From: an uncultured delta proteobacterium
Lineage (GTDB): Bacteria; Desulfobacterota; Binatia; UBA9968
DNA: 64,000 nt
Direction of reading: 5' to 3'
Assembly (NCBI GenBank): GCA_963847445.1
Contig: CAWJZV010000007.1
Span: 160,001-224,000 of the forward strand
Positions 29,993 to 40,019 of the stretch are shown here, piece after piece. Each line of letters begins with the position of its first letter. Positions within the stretch are counted from its first letter, which is position 1. The notes under the pieces were generated by a model, which was given only the letters and a program-made list of their open reading frames with translations, made no database searches and was not told the origin of the DNA. A program made the translations under genes and the position numbers.

Positions 29993-30049
29993 CGTAGAGG
30001 GCGCTGATGAATTTTATTCGTTCGGATGTGGAACTTCAGGTTTCTTCCC

Positions 30050-30315
30050 ACGCAACTCGCCGCGCTAATCGATCGACCAGCTCTTCGTTCAGCCCACCGG
30101 AAAAATCCGCGGATTCAATTTCCAGCAGTTGACGCGGAATCGTCGCACGGCTGATAGAGTATGGGCACTGATCTTTTTGTGCTGTTCCAACGCGCGCCAG
30201 GAATGTTCCACTGATCTATCCAGATCGAAACGCCATGTTCCTTGAGAGCCTGTGCAAGCTGCAGGACAAAGTCCTGGTCCAATCGCGCATAACTGACAAA
30301 GACAGAATCGCCCAT
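30050..30315 (-). pseudogene. TIR_2-domain gene remnant with internal deletion
   Basis: VFVSYAR-x-D-x-DFV-x-QLA-x-ALKEHGVSIWID-x2-NI-x-G-x-RW jumps directly to VPILYQPCD; catalytic Glu region missing. Confidence 0.7.
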
Positions 30316-30463
30316 AAACGCGTGCCGATTTTGGAGTGGAAACTAAAGTTTATGTTTGCTAGCGCGCCTTCACCGCGCTCTCGAACGGCCGGTCCCGTTA
30401 CAAACCTGCGGTTTCTACCAACGGTTTATCGGTTACTATCAGCGATTACCGCTGCCTATCTTT

Positions 30464-31495
30464 CTACTTCGCCTCGAGTATCTGTTTCACTCGACTGACG
30501 ACGGCGGGCTCGATTTCATACAATCCGTTCACCATCTTTTCTATGCCCGCTCCATCGATCGGGTCGATCTCGAGCTTGGCCTTTTCCGCCTCGGCGAGAA
30601 ACTGCGGATCTTTCAGAGTGGCGATGAAGGCTTTTTGCAGTGTTCGTAGCCGCTGCTCGGGCACTCCCGGCGGCAGCGAGTAGAGCCGCTGTTTGCCGTA
30701 AACCTCGCTGGCGATGCGCAGGAGTTTTTTCCCCTCGTCGGTCTTGGCGAAATCGACGGCGAGCGGGACACCTTTCAGCTCGGGGTGAGGCTCGAGCATC
30801 ATCTGCAGCACGACATGAACCTGTTTGGCCTTCAGCGCGTTGGCCCAGGTCACCTTGGCCGATTGCCAGCTAAGTGTGCAGCTGCCGTCGAGTTCCCCTG
30901 TCTCCGCGGCAATCCTGATGTCGGCGGTGCCCTTGTAGCCCTCGATGACCTGCAGGGGAAATTCCGCGGCGGCGGCGAGGACCTTGGTGTCGTCGGTGCC
31001 GGGGGTGCCGGGGCCATTGCCTCCCAGTTTGACTCGGGCTTTGGCCTTGCGCCAATCCTCTGCGCTCCTGATGCCGCTGCGTTCGGTCGTCATGCACACC
31101 ATCGCATCCGCCGTCGGCATGCCCAGCCAGCCAAATTTGCGCCCCTCGAAGAGCACCGCAGGGTTGCCCATCATGTGTTGCATAATCAGCGGGCCGGACC
31201 AATTGCCGATCACCGTGCCGTCGCGGGGCGCGCTATTGTAGATGTAGTTCGCCGCGATCAGCATGCCCGCTCCAGGCATATTTTGCACGACAGTGGACGG
31301 TTTGCCGGGAATGTATTGACCGATGTGGCGGCCGATCAGCCTGGTGTAGGTATCGTAACCGCCGCCGGCGGAACCGCCGACAATGAACTGGATGGTTTTG
31401 CCCTTGTAGAACTCCTCGACCGAGGCCGCCCGCGCCGCAAGCGGCAATACCGAGATAAGGATCGGTAGCAAAATTACTCCGAGCAATTGCGTCAT
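30464..31495 (-). CDS. Tripartite tricarboxylate transporter substrate-binding protein (TctC/Bug family)
   Basis: FYKGKTI, GGGYDTYTR, VQNMPGAG, GYKG, GELDG. Confidence 0.9.
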   Translation of the reverse strand: MTQLLGVILLPILISVLPLAARAASVEEFYKGKTIQFIVGGSAGGGYDTYTRLIGRHIGQYIPGKPSTVVQNMPGAGMLIAANYIYNSAPRDGTVIGNWSGPLIMQHMMGNPAVLFEGRKFGWLGMPTADAMVCMTTERSGIRSAEDWRKAKARVKLGGNGPGTPGTDDTKVLAAAAEFPLQVIEGYKGTADIRIAAETGELDGSCTLSWQSAKVTWANALKAKQVHVVLQMMLEPHPELKGVPLAVDFAKTDEGKKLLRIASEVYGKQRLYSLPPGVPEQRLRTLQKAFIATLKDPQFLAEAEKAKLEIDPIDGAGIEKMVNGLYEIEPAVVSRVKQILEAK

Positions 31496-31525
31496 ACGCC
31501 ACCTCCTGATGGTTGAGCTATCGTC

Positions 31526-31559
31526 GCGGAACGTAGTTTGTCCGCTAGTCGCATGTCAA
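31526..31559 (-). promoter_or_regulatory. Putative sigma70 promoter of tctC-like gene (TTGACA-N18-TACGTT)
   Basis: Sequence conserved upstream of both tctC copies (second at about 35941-35975). Confidence 0.45.
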
Positions 31560-31857
31560 GCGTTCAACTTGATAGCGAAGACTGTTCCAATCGTTCCAGA
31601 GGTTCCAATAGTTCCAATTGTTTCGAGGCCGAGGTGCTCTCCGGTGTTCAACTGGAACCTGAGGTCCCGCCTGGATAACTAACCGAATCACTTCAGCCGC
31701 TCGACTTCTGGCGCAAGCTCAGCCTGTTCTCCAACCTCCGTTCAAATCGGCTCAATCACGAGCATATCTATCGTCGACACGTGCCAATATCGATTTCTCG
31801 AACTATTGGCGATAGTAGTGATGTTAAGAATTGACGGACAAGGAAGGAGTAATAACT

Positions 31858-32277
31858 ATGGCTACTCGATTTACCGGGGGCTGCCTTTGCGGTCGGGTGC
31901 GCTACGAATGTTCCGCCGAGCCGTTTTTCATGGGCAATTGCCACTGCCGCGATTGCCAAAAGGCCAGCGGCGGTGCCTATGAACCCGACATCGGTCTGCC
32001 GGCCGCGGCGCTAAAGATCACGGGCACGGTTAAGTATTACGACGGTAAAGCGGACAGCGGCAATACCTTGAGCCGCGGTTTTTGCCCGGAGTGCGGCGCG
32101 AGTTTGTTCGGCAAAACCAGCGCCATGCCGGATCTCGCGATGATCACGGCGGGAAGCCTCGATGACCCGAGCCTGTATAAGCCGACCTTGGATATCTTCA
32201 CAACCAGCGCGCAACCTTGGGATCACATGGATCCGGCGCTGGCCAAATTTCCCAAGATGCCGCCCATCGGAGGATAG
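31858..32277 (+). CDS. GFA/CENP-V family protein
   Basis: GGCLCG, CHCRDCQK, FCPECG; AAGGAG RBS. Confidence 0.92.
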   Translation: MATRFTGGCLCGRVRYECSAEPFFMGNCHCRDCQKASGGAYEPDIGLPAAALKITGTVKYYDGKADSGNTLSRGFCPECGASLFGKTSAMPDLAMITAGSLDDPSLYKPTLDIFTTSAQPWDHMDPALAKFPKMPPIGG

Positions 32278-32416
32278 GAGTTCAAATCGTTCAAGTGGTT
32301 CAACCGCTTTGCTCCGTTCAAATCGTTTAACGGAGCGAAACTCGGAACTTTGATTAGCGCGAATTTAAGGCGTGTGAGGCGCTAAGAGTAGGAAGGATGA
32401 AGAGGTAAGGACGCCA

Positions 32417-33525
32417 ATGACACTGATCATCAACAACCAAGAAGTGGCACAGCTCCTCACCATGGAGGACACCCTTGCGGCGCTGGAACAATCTTATTTG
32501 CAGCTCGCCGCCCAGGAAGCGGTCTGCCGGCCGCGCATCGACATCCGGATTCCGACCAGCGATCCGGCGCGAGAACTACCAGTGGGGCACCATGGAGGGA
32601 GGATCGACCGCCGGCTACTTCGCGATCCGCATGAAGTCCGACATCGTTTATGAAAAGCGAATACAACGGCGTCGTCACGCAGGAAAAGTACTGCATGCGG
32701 CCCGGCCTTTACTGCGGCCTGATCCTGCTGACTTCGGTCGAGAACGCCGAGCCGCTGGCGTTCGTCAACGACGGCCACCTGCAGCACATGCGGGTCGGCG
32801 CCGACGGCGGCATCGGCGTGAAGTACCTGGCGAACCAAGACGCGGAGGTGGTCGGCATGCTCGGCGCCGGCGGCATGGCGCGCACGCATATGGAGGCGTT
32901 CACGCGCGTGCGCAAAATCGACAAGCTGCAGGTGTTCAGCCCGACGCGCGAAAGCCGCGAGCGCTTCGGCCGCGAGATGGCGGAGAAATATAATATCGAG
33001 GTAAAAGTCTGCAGCCGCCCGGAAGAGGTCTACAAGGGCGCGCACATCCTGGCCGCGCTCACCGACTCCGCGGTCGAAGTGACCGACGGCTCACTGCTCG
33101 AGAAAGGCACCCACATCGTCGTGGTCGGCGGCACCGGCAAACCGGACGCCGAGAGCCTGAAAAGGGTCGACGTTTACCTGCGCTTCGGCGACACGCCGGC
33201 GCCCACCGGCCATCCCGAGCTCGCCACCGACGCCGAGCATGTCGGCTATGAGGCGCGCCCGCAGCAAAATAAATATGGCGATGGCCGCCGCGATCGGCGC
33301 AAGCACGGCAACACCCTGCCGGATCGGCGCGTGACGCTTGCCGACCTGGTTAACGGCAAGGCGAAAGGGCGCAGCTCGGCGGATCAGATTACTTACTCCG
33401 AGCGCGGCAATCTGCAGGGCGCCCAGTTCCACGCGGTGGCGGGCAAGGTCTACGAACTCGCCAAGGAAGCCGGCCTCGGCCGTGAGATCCCGACCGAATG
33501 GTTTCTCCAGGACATTCGCGATTGA
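32417..33525 (+). CDS. Ornithine cyclodeaminase/mu-crystallin family protein (frameshifted)
   Basis: MRVGA, GMLGAGGMA, LQVFSPT, GAQF-x-AVA; N-terminus split over three frames. Confidence 0.85.
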
Positions 33526-33578
33526 CAGCTGTGCCAAAAGTTCCAGTCGTTCAACTTGACCGCGAAGGGAAATCGACG

Positions 33579-34622
33579 ATGGCGCTATTTCTCGCAAACG
33601 AAGACGTCCAGCAGCTTTTAACCATGGGCGATTACATAGACGCCGTGGAGAAAGCCTATCACGAACTCGGCATGGGACGAGCGTGGAACAATCCGCGCAT
33701 CCATACCTACGGACAGGCGCAAAGCGGCGCAACCCATTTTCTCAAGGTTTTCACCGGCACCGTGCCGGCCCTGGGCTATTCGATTCTGCGCATCGACTCG
33801 ACCATGGAGCGCAACGAAAGCGGCCACGAAACCAGCCGCAAAATCGGCAACCGCAACATGGGCTGGCTGCTGCTATTTTCAGTGGAGACCGGCCAACTCG
33901 AAGCGATCATCGAAGATCGCGCGCTGCAACGCATGCGCGTTGGCGCGATGACCGGCATCGCCGCCAAGTATCTTGCCAAAAGCGACAGCCGAACCATCGG
34001 AATTTTCGGCTCCGGCACCCAGGCCGGGCCGCAACTGGAAGCACTCTGCAGCGTCATGAAAATCCAGCGCATCAAAGTCTACAGCCCGACGGTAAAGAAC
34101 CGTGAAAACTTCGCCGCCAAGATGACCCATGCGCTTGGCACCGAGGTCACTGCGGTGGATTCACCGCGGCAAACGGTCACCGGCTGCGATATTGTCGTGG
34201 TCGCGACCAACTCGAACGAACCGGTCTTCGACGGCCGCTGGTTGGAAGCAGGCAGCTATGTAAGCTCCATCGTCAACAGCGATAAGGTGCTGCGCCGCCG
34301 CGACCTCGACGACGAAAGTTTCCGCCGCGCCGCGCTGATCGTCGTCAGCGCGAGAGACCAGATCAAAAACGACGAACCGATCTGGCTGACCGAAGGCTTG
34401 GAACGGGGCGCGGTGAGTTGGGACAGAGTTTGGGAAATCGGCGAACTGGTCTGCGGCAAAGCACCGCGGCGAAGCGACGACCAACAAATCACCATCCTGA
34501 AAAACAACGGACTCAGCGTTCAATTCGCCGGTGTCGGCGCCGCGGTGATGAAACGAGCCAAAGAACGCGGGCTCGGCAAAGAGCTGCCGGCGTTTATGTT
34601 CGAGCAAGCTTACCGGACATGA
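33579..34622 (+). CDS. Ornithine cyclodeaminase/mu-crystallin family protein
   Basis: MRVGA, GIFGSGTQA, KVYSPT, ATNSNEPV, QFAGVG. Confidence 0.88.
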   Translation: MALFLANEDVQQLLTMGDYIDAVEKAYHELGMGRAWNNPRIHTYGQAQSGATHFLKVFTGTVPALGYSILRIDSTMERNESGHETSRKIGNRNMGWLLLFSVETGQLEAIIEDRALQRMRVGAMTGIAAKYLAKSDSRTIGIFGSGTQAGPQLEALCSVMKIQRIKVYSPTVKNRENFAAKMTHALGTEVTAVDSPRQTVTGCDIVVVATNSNEPVFDGRWLEAGSYVSSIVNSDKVLRRRDLDDESFRRAALIVVSARDQIKNDEPIWLTEGLERGAVSWDRVWEIGELVCGKAPRRSDDQQITILKNNGLSVQFAGVGAAVMKRAKERGLGKELPAFMFEQAYRT

Positions 34623-34875
34623 AAACCTCGACCCCTGAGTCGGACCATGGGAAATCTGCGGTCGTGCCTCTGGTAATGATTAACTTATTCACGTGCGGCG
34701 ATGTCTCCAACACGTTGCATCCAACAACTCGATTAATCTAATTAACTGTTCGCCTGCCCGCCGTATCAGACTGAAATTATCGGGTCGCATCCTGCATTGC
34801 GAATCAACCGGCGCCAACAAAACCTGTCGCCGGAACTTCTCGCTTACAGCTGCCTATTGCCTGCTGCCTATCCTC

Positions 34876-35910
34876 CTACTTCGCCTCGAGTATCTGTTTC
34901 ACTCGACTCACGACGGCCGGCTCGATTTCATACAATCCGTTCACCATCTTTTCTATGCCTGCTCCATCGATCGGCTCGATCTCGAGCTTGGCCTTTTCCG
35001 CTTCGGCGAGAAACTGCGGATCTTTCAGAGTGCTGACGAAAGCTTTTTGCAGTATTCGTAGTCGCTGTTCGGGCACTCGCTGGCGGCAGCGAATAGAGTC
35101 TCTGTTTGCCGTAAAGCTCGGCGGCGATGCGCAGGAGTTTTTTCCCTTCGTCGGTCTTGGCGTAATCGATGGCGAGAGGGACACCCTTGAGCTCGGGATG
35201 AGGCTCGAGCATCGTCTGAAGCACGACATGAATCTGTTTGGCCTTCAGCGAGTTGGCCCAAGTCACCTTCGCCGATTGCCAGCCAAAGGCGCAGGTGCCG
35301 TCGACTTCGCCGGTTTCCGCGGCGATCCTGATGTCGGCGGTGCCCTTGTAGCCCTCGATCAACTGCAGCGGGAAATCCGTGGCGGCGGCCAGCAGCTTGG
35401 TGTCGTCGGTGCCGCTGGTGCCGGGGCCGATCGCCCCCAGCTTCACCCGTGTTTTAGCCTTGCGCCAATCCTCCGCCGTTCTGATGCCGCTGCGTTCGGT
35501 GGTGATGCACACCAGCGAGTCCGCCGTCGGCATGCCGATCCAGCCAAACTTGCGCCCCTCGAAGAGCACCGCCGGGTTGCCCATCATGTGCTGTAAAATA
35601 AGCGGGCCGGACCAATGGCCGATGACCGTGCCATCGCGGGGCGCGCTATTGATAGGTGTAATTCGCCGCGATCAGCATCGCCGCTCCCGGCATATTTTGC
35701 ACGATAGTGGACGGTTTGCCGGGAACGTACTGCGGGAAGTGGCGCGCGATCAGCCTGGTGTAGGTATCGTAGCCGCCGCCGGCGGTGCCGCCGACGACGA
35801 ACTGGATGGTTTTGCCTTTGTAGAAGTCCTCGACCGAGGCAGCCCGCGCCGAGACCGGCAATACCGAGATAATAGATCGGCAGCAAAAATACGCCGAGCG
35901 CTTTCGCCAT
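34876..35910 (-). CDS. TctC/Bug-family protein, paralog 2 (frameshifted)
   Basis: Closely similar to 30464-31495 including both flanks; at least three indels. Confidence 0.85.
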
Positions 35911-36026
35911 GCGACCACCTCCGTTGGTTTGGCTATCGTCGCGGAACGTAGTTTGTCCGCTAGGCTCCTGTCAAGCGTTCCGACGCTTGGGTAGTGGTTC
36001 GATTTTAGGTTCAACGACGGATTGAC

Positions 36027-36086
36027 GTAGGGGCAGACCCGCGTGTCTGCCCTCTCGGACGGGCGACCACATAGGCTCGCCCCTAC
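36027..36086. repeat. GTAG-type REP doublet
   Basis: gtaggggcagacccgcgtgtctgccct ... gggcgaccacataggctcgcccctac. Confidence 0.75.
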
Positions 36087-36398
36087 CAATTTTTTGTGAA
36101 TCTGAACCATTACGAAGTTTGGCTAAGCTCCCGGCTTTCGATCGTTTCACGTTTCGACAAATTTCCGCCGCGTCAAACTGCCCGGCAAATTCACATCGTC
36201 GCGAACGGTTGGTAAGTCTGGAACGTTGCTTCTGTTGACTAATGCCTGTTGCCTCCTTGCCATAACCAGCGCATCTCTCGGCTTGGGCATATAGCGCGAA
36301 CTTGCCGACGGGGTGAAATCCGGCTAACGTTCTAACTATGTTAGTTTGGTCTTCAGTGCTAGAGCATGCCTCCCAAGCGAGCGTGTAGGAGTCGTCCT

Positions 36399-36638
36399 AT
36401 GTCCAACGAAAGCTTACTGTCCCGAATCACTGTGGATCCGGAAATTTGCCACGGCAAGCCTTGCATACGAAATATGCGGTATCCGGTTGAGACGATTCTG
36501 GAATACCTTGCCGGTGGTGACACGATAGAAAGTCTACTAAAGCAGTTTCCGGATCTGGAGCGCGAAGATATCCTTGCTTGTCATGAATTCGCGCACCGGA
36601 TGTTAGTTGCCAAAACCATTCACTTGCCACTCACATGA
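36399..36638 (+). CDS. DUF433 antitoxin (VapB45-like)
   Basis: RITVDPEICHGKPCIRNMR-x-PV..FPDLE-x-EDI-x-AC. Confidence 0.92.
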   Translation: MSNESLLSRITVDPEICHGKPCIRNMRYPVETILEYLAGGDTIESLLKQFPDLEREDILACHEFAHRMLVAKTIHLPLT

Positions 36639-36988
36639 AATTTCTCGTGGACGCGCATCTACCGCCGAGCCTCTGCGCGGTGTTGGCGCGACACGGCCAC
36701 GACGCGATCCACACGCTGGATCTTCCGGCGAAAAATGCCACGAAGGACGCCGTCCTCAATCAGATTTCATTGGACGAGCGCCGTGTCATTATCTCGAAAG
36801 ACTCCGACTTCTTTTATTCCCATTTGGTTTTAGGCCGGCCCTGGAAGCTCGTCTTGGTCAAGACCGGAAACATGTCCACGGAAGATATATGTTCTCTTTT
36901 CGAGCGTCACTTGTCGGCAGTAGAAGCCGCATTGGAACAACACACACTCGTAGAAATTGATCGAGCTACCGTAACGCCGCAATTGTAG
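36635..36988 (+). CDS. DUF5615 PIN-like toxin (VapC45-like)
   Basis: MKFLVDAHLP, GHDA-x-H, RVIISKDSDF; ATGA overlap with DUF433 gene. Confidence 0.9.
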   Translation: MKFLVDAHLPPSLCAVLARHGHDAIHTLDLPAKNATKDAVLNQISLDERRVIISKDSDFFYSHLVLGRPWKLVLVKTGNMSTEDICSLFERHLSAVEAALEQHTLVEIDRATVTPQL

Positions 36989-37017
36989 AACGATAAAAAT
37001 CGCCGCTCTCTATCATC

Positions 37018-37104
37018 CTATTTCGCCTCGTGTCTCTGTTTCACTCGACTGACGACGGCGGGCTCGATTTCGTACAAACGTTTCACTAGCTTTTCGATGC
37101 CCGC
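37018..37104 (-). repeat. Further degenerate tctC 3' end
   Basis: ctatttcgcctcg..tgtttcactcgactgacgacggcgggctcgatttc matches 30464-30550. Confidence 0.8.
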
Positions 37105-37250
37105 TTTTTTGCGCCGTCGCGGATTTGCAACCGGCGGCCGACAGCAGGTAAAACAAATAATGTAAGTCTGGCATGATGTCGCATGGTTAAAATTTCCTGA
37201 GACTCTGCCGGATAGTCACTGTATCCAGGCAAAATTTATCGGAGGACACG

Positions 37251-38237
37251 ATGCTCGGCCAATCTCTCGGCGCGGTCGCTTGTTTAGTTGTGCTTTTGCT
37301 GCAGACGCCTGCGGCAGCCCAGGAGCGGGCCAAAGTGTTTCTTGGCGCGTCGAGCAAGACGCTGGGATACAGTCCGCTTTGGGTCGGCGCCAAGCGGGGA
37401 TTTTTCGAACAACAGGGACTCGACGTTCAATTGCTGCTGCTGCGCGGCGTGCCGATGACCTTGCAAGCCTTGGCGGCGGGATCGTTGCAAATCGGCTCAG
37501 GCGGACCCGAGCCGTATATCGAAGCCAGCGAACGCGGGCTGGATTTCGCCATCGCCGGCGGCATCATCAATGGCATGGCCCAGGTGCTCATCGCCGGGAA
37601 AAACTACAAGACCGTGGAAGATCTCCGCGGCGGCACCATCGGCGCGTCCTCCTTGACCAGCGCCACGGTGACCGCGTTGAAGGAAGCTTTGAGACAGAAG
37701 GGCCTCGAATACCCGCGCGATTACAAACTGCTGATCGTCGCCGGCGGCTCGGCGAGCAATCTTTCGGCAATGCAGTCCGGCCAGATTACCGCAACCACGG
37801 TGGCGGTGCCGCTCAATCATGCCGCCGAGGAGCTGGGCTTCAATACCCTCGGGCGGATCATCGACGCGGTTCCCAATTTTCAGGCCGCCGCCATCGCCAT
37901 AAGGCGCTCGTGGGCGGCAAAAAACCCTGCGGTGATGGTCCGCTTCATGAAAGCGATGGTCCAATCGCACCGCTGGCTGCACGACAACCGCGACGCCGCG
38001 GTGGAATTTATCTCCAAGGAAATGCAGCTCAAACCGGCTCACGCCCTCAAGGGCTGGGAATATTACACGCAGAATCGGCTTTGGCCGGTGGACGGCGGAC
38101 CGAACATCGAGGGCATGAAAAATAACCTGCGCGTCTACGCCGAACAAACCGGGGCCAAGGGACCGCCGCCCGATGTCCGCAAGTTCGTCGAACTGAGTTA
38201 TCTGACCGAAGCGTTGACGGAGTTGGGTAAACGCTAG
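37251..38237 (+). CDS. ABC transporter substrate-binding protein, NMT1/THI5-like
   Basis: Signal peptide; GFFEQQGLDV, EDLRGGTIGASS. Confidence 0.85.
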   Translation: MLGQSLGAVACLVVLLLQTPAAAQERAKVFLGASSKTLGYSPLWVGAKRGFFEQQGLDVQLLLLRGVPMTLQALAAGSLQIGSGGPEPYIEASERGLDFAIAGGIINGMAQVLIAGKNYKTVEDLRGGTIGASSLTSATVTALKEALRQKGLEYPRDYKLLIVAGGSASNLSAMQSGQITATTVAVPLNHAAEELGFNTLGRIIDAVPNFQAAAIAIRRSWAAKNPAVMVRFMKAMVQSHRWLHDNRDAAVEFISKEMQLKPAHALKGWEYYTQNRLWPVDGGPNIEGMKNNLRVYAEQTGAKGPPPDVRKFVELSYLTEALTELGKR

Positions 38238-38530
38238 CACTCCGGCTCGTTTACGACGTTGCACCGCTGCGCTCCGTTCCAGACGTTCAATTCGTTCCAA
38301 ACGTTAAGGCGCCTCGCTTGGGTCCAAACGTTGAGCCATACTGCGGCCCGTTCAACTGGGTCGGCCAGCTCAGTATGAAAATGGATTTACTCTGCGACCT
38401 TCCGTTGCAGCGTTCAAATGCTTAGCTCCGGTCGAAATGCTCAGCTAATTTGCTAAGATCGGAAAACAGCCAGCACCGCGATGACTACCTTTAACAATTT
38501 GCCCCGCCGGACGCGCGCAGCGAGCGCGGC

Positions 38531-39834
38531 ATGATCGATACCCTTGCCGCTGAAAAATCCGGGAAAAAGCGTGGGATTTTTTTCGGCTGGTACATGGTTG
38601 CCGCGAGTATCGTCGACCAACACGATCTTCTCCGCCGCCTATTTCCAGGGCTTCGGCGTTCTGATGATCCCGATCGAACGCACCTTCGGCTGGGACCGCT
38701 GGGTGATTTCAGCCGCCATGTCGCTGCGCCAGTTGGAGTCCGGCATCGTCAGTCCCGCTGTCGGCTTCCTGCTCGACCGCTACAGCGCGCGTAAATTGAT
38801 TTTCTGGAGCGCCGTCATCTCGGGCGTCGGCTTCATCGGCCTCGGCTTCACCACCGGCATCGTCACCTTTTTTGTCTTTTTCGTGGTCATTTCCCTGGGC
38901 GCATCCGGCGTCAGCCACGCGGTTACCTGGCCGGTGATCATCTCGCGCTGGTTTCGCCGCAACCGCGGCCTGGCCACCGGGCTGGCGGTAACCGGTCCGA
39001 TCTTCGGCTCGCCCCTCGTCATACTGAATACGCAGATCGAGGACGCGTACGGTTGGCGCGTCGTGCTCTTCGGCTACGGCATCGTGATCCTGGTCGGCGT
39101 CACGCTGCTCAGCATGGTGGTGCGCGACCGGCCGGAGCCCTACGGTTTGCGGCCTGATGGCGACCCGCCGGAGGAGGGCGCGTCGACGGAACGCCCTAGC
39201 GGCCCATCGCCCCGCCGAACGAATGCCGGGCTGACGCTGCACGCGGTGTTCCGCACCAAGGAGTTCTGGCTATTCACGAGCTACTTGTCGGGTACCTTCG
39301 CGGTAAACTCCGCGGTCCAAGTCCACATGATTCCCTACTTCCAGCAAGATCTCGGATTTACCGCGACCTGGGCGGCCGTGGTCATGTCGATCGTCTTCGT
39401 CATCAGCGGTATCGGGCGCATCGGCGGCGGCTATCTGCTGGACCGGATGGACTATCGCGTCGTCCTGGCCGTCGTCGCCGCGATGATGGGCTTTGCCTTG
39501 TTGTACCTGCAGGTCGTGCCGGTCAATACGGTCACGGCGACATTGCCCTTCGCGCTGCTGTTCGGCGTCAGCTTCGGCTGCCTGGTTCCCATGCGCGGCG
39601 CCGTCGGCAGCATCATGTTCGGCACCCGGACCATCGGCGGAGTCTTGGGCCTGTCTGCAAGGAGGGCCGATCGCGGCGGGAGTCATCGGCCCCTTCGTCA
39701 TGGGTATCATCTTCGACCTGGACGGGAATTATTCCACCGCCATCTGGGGACTCGTCGTCATCAGCGCCCTGATGATGCCGGTGTCCCTGGCCATGGCCTC
39801 GCCCGCCGAGTTCGCCAAGCGCATTGCTCAGTAG
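38531..39834 (+). CDS. MFS transporter (oxalate/monocarboxylate-like), frameshifted
   Basis: IFFGWYMV, G-x-LLDRY, ISRWF-x-RNRG-x-A, GRIGGG-x-LLDR; about 12 TM across three frames. Confidence 0.85.
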
Positions 39835-39837
39835 CAA

Positions 39838-39965
39838 GCAGGCTGCTGAAAAAGACCCATAGGCTTCGTTGCGCTCGATCGCCTCGCGTCAACGTACTGC
39901 CGATGTACGCCTCCGCTCGGCGATTTTTCACGCGCCTAGCCTCTGGATCTTTTTGAGCAGCCTGC
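39838..39965. repeat. Intergenic palindromic element, copy 2 (family of 12401-12565)
   Basis: gcaggctgctgaaaaag ... ctttttgagcagcctgc. Confidence 0.75.
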
Positions 39966-40019
39966 AAGAGATTGTTTTCAGCACCTGGCGCAGCGGCGCC
40001 CGCAACTGAAAAGAAGAAT

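Noticed and set aside
27042-30315. Pycsar/CBASS system (cyclase + TM/TIR effector)
   Set aside because: Cyclase has Lys/Asp ATP-specifying residues and a GAF-like N-terminus, and is divergent from, not operonic with, the neighbouring genes
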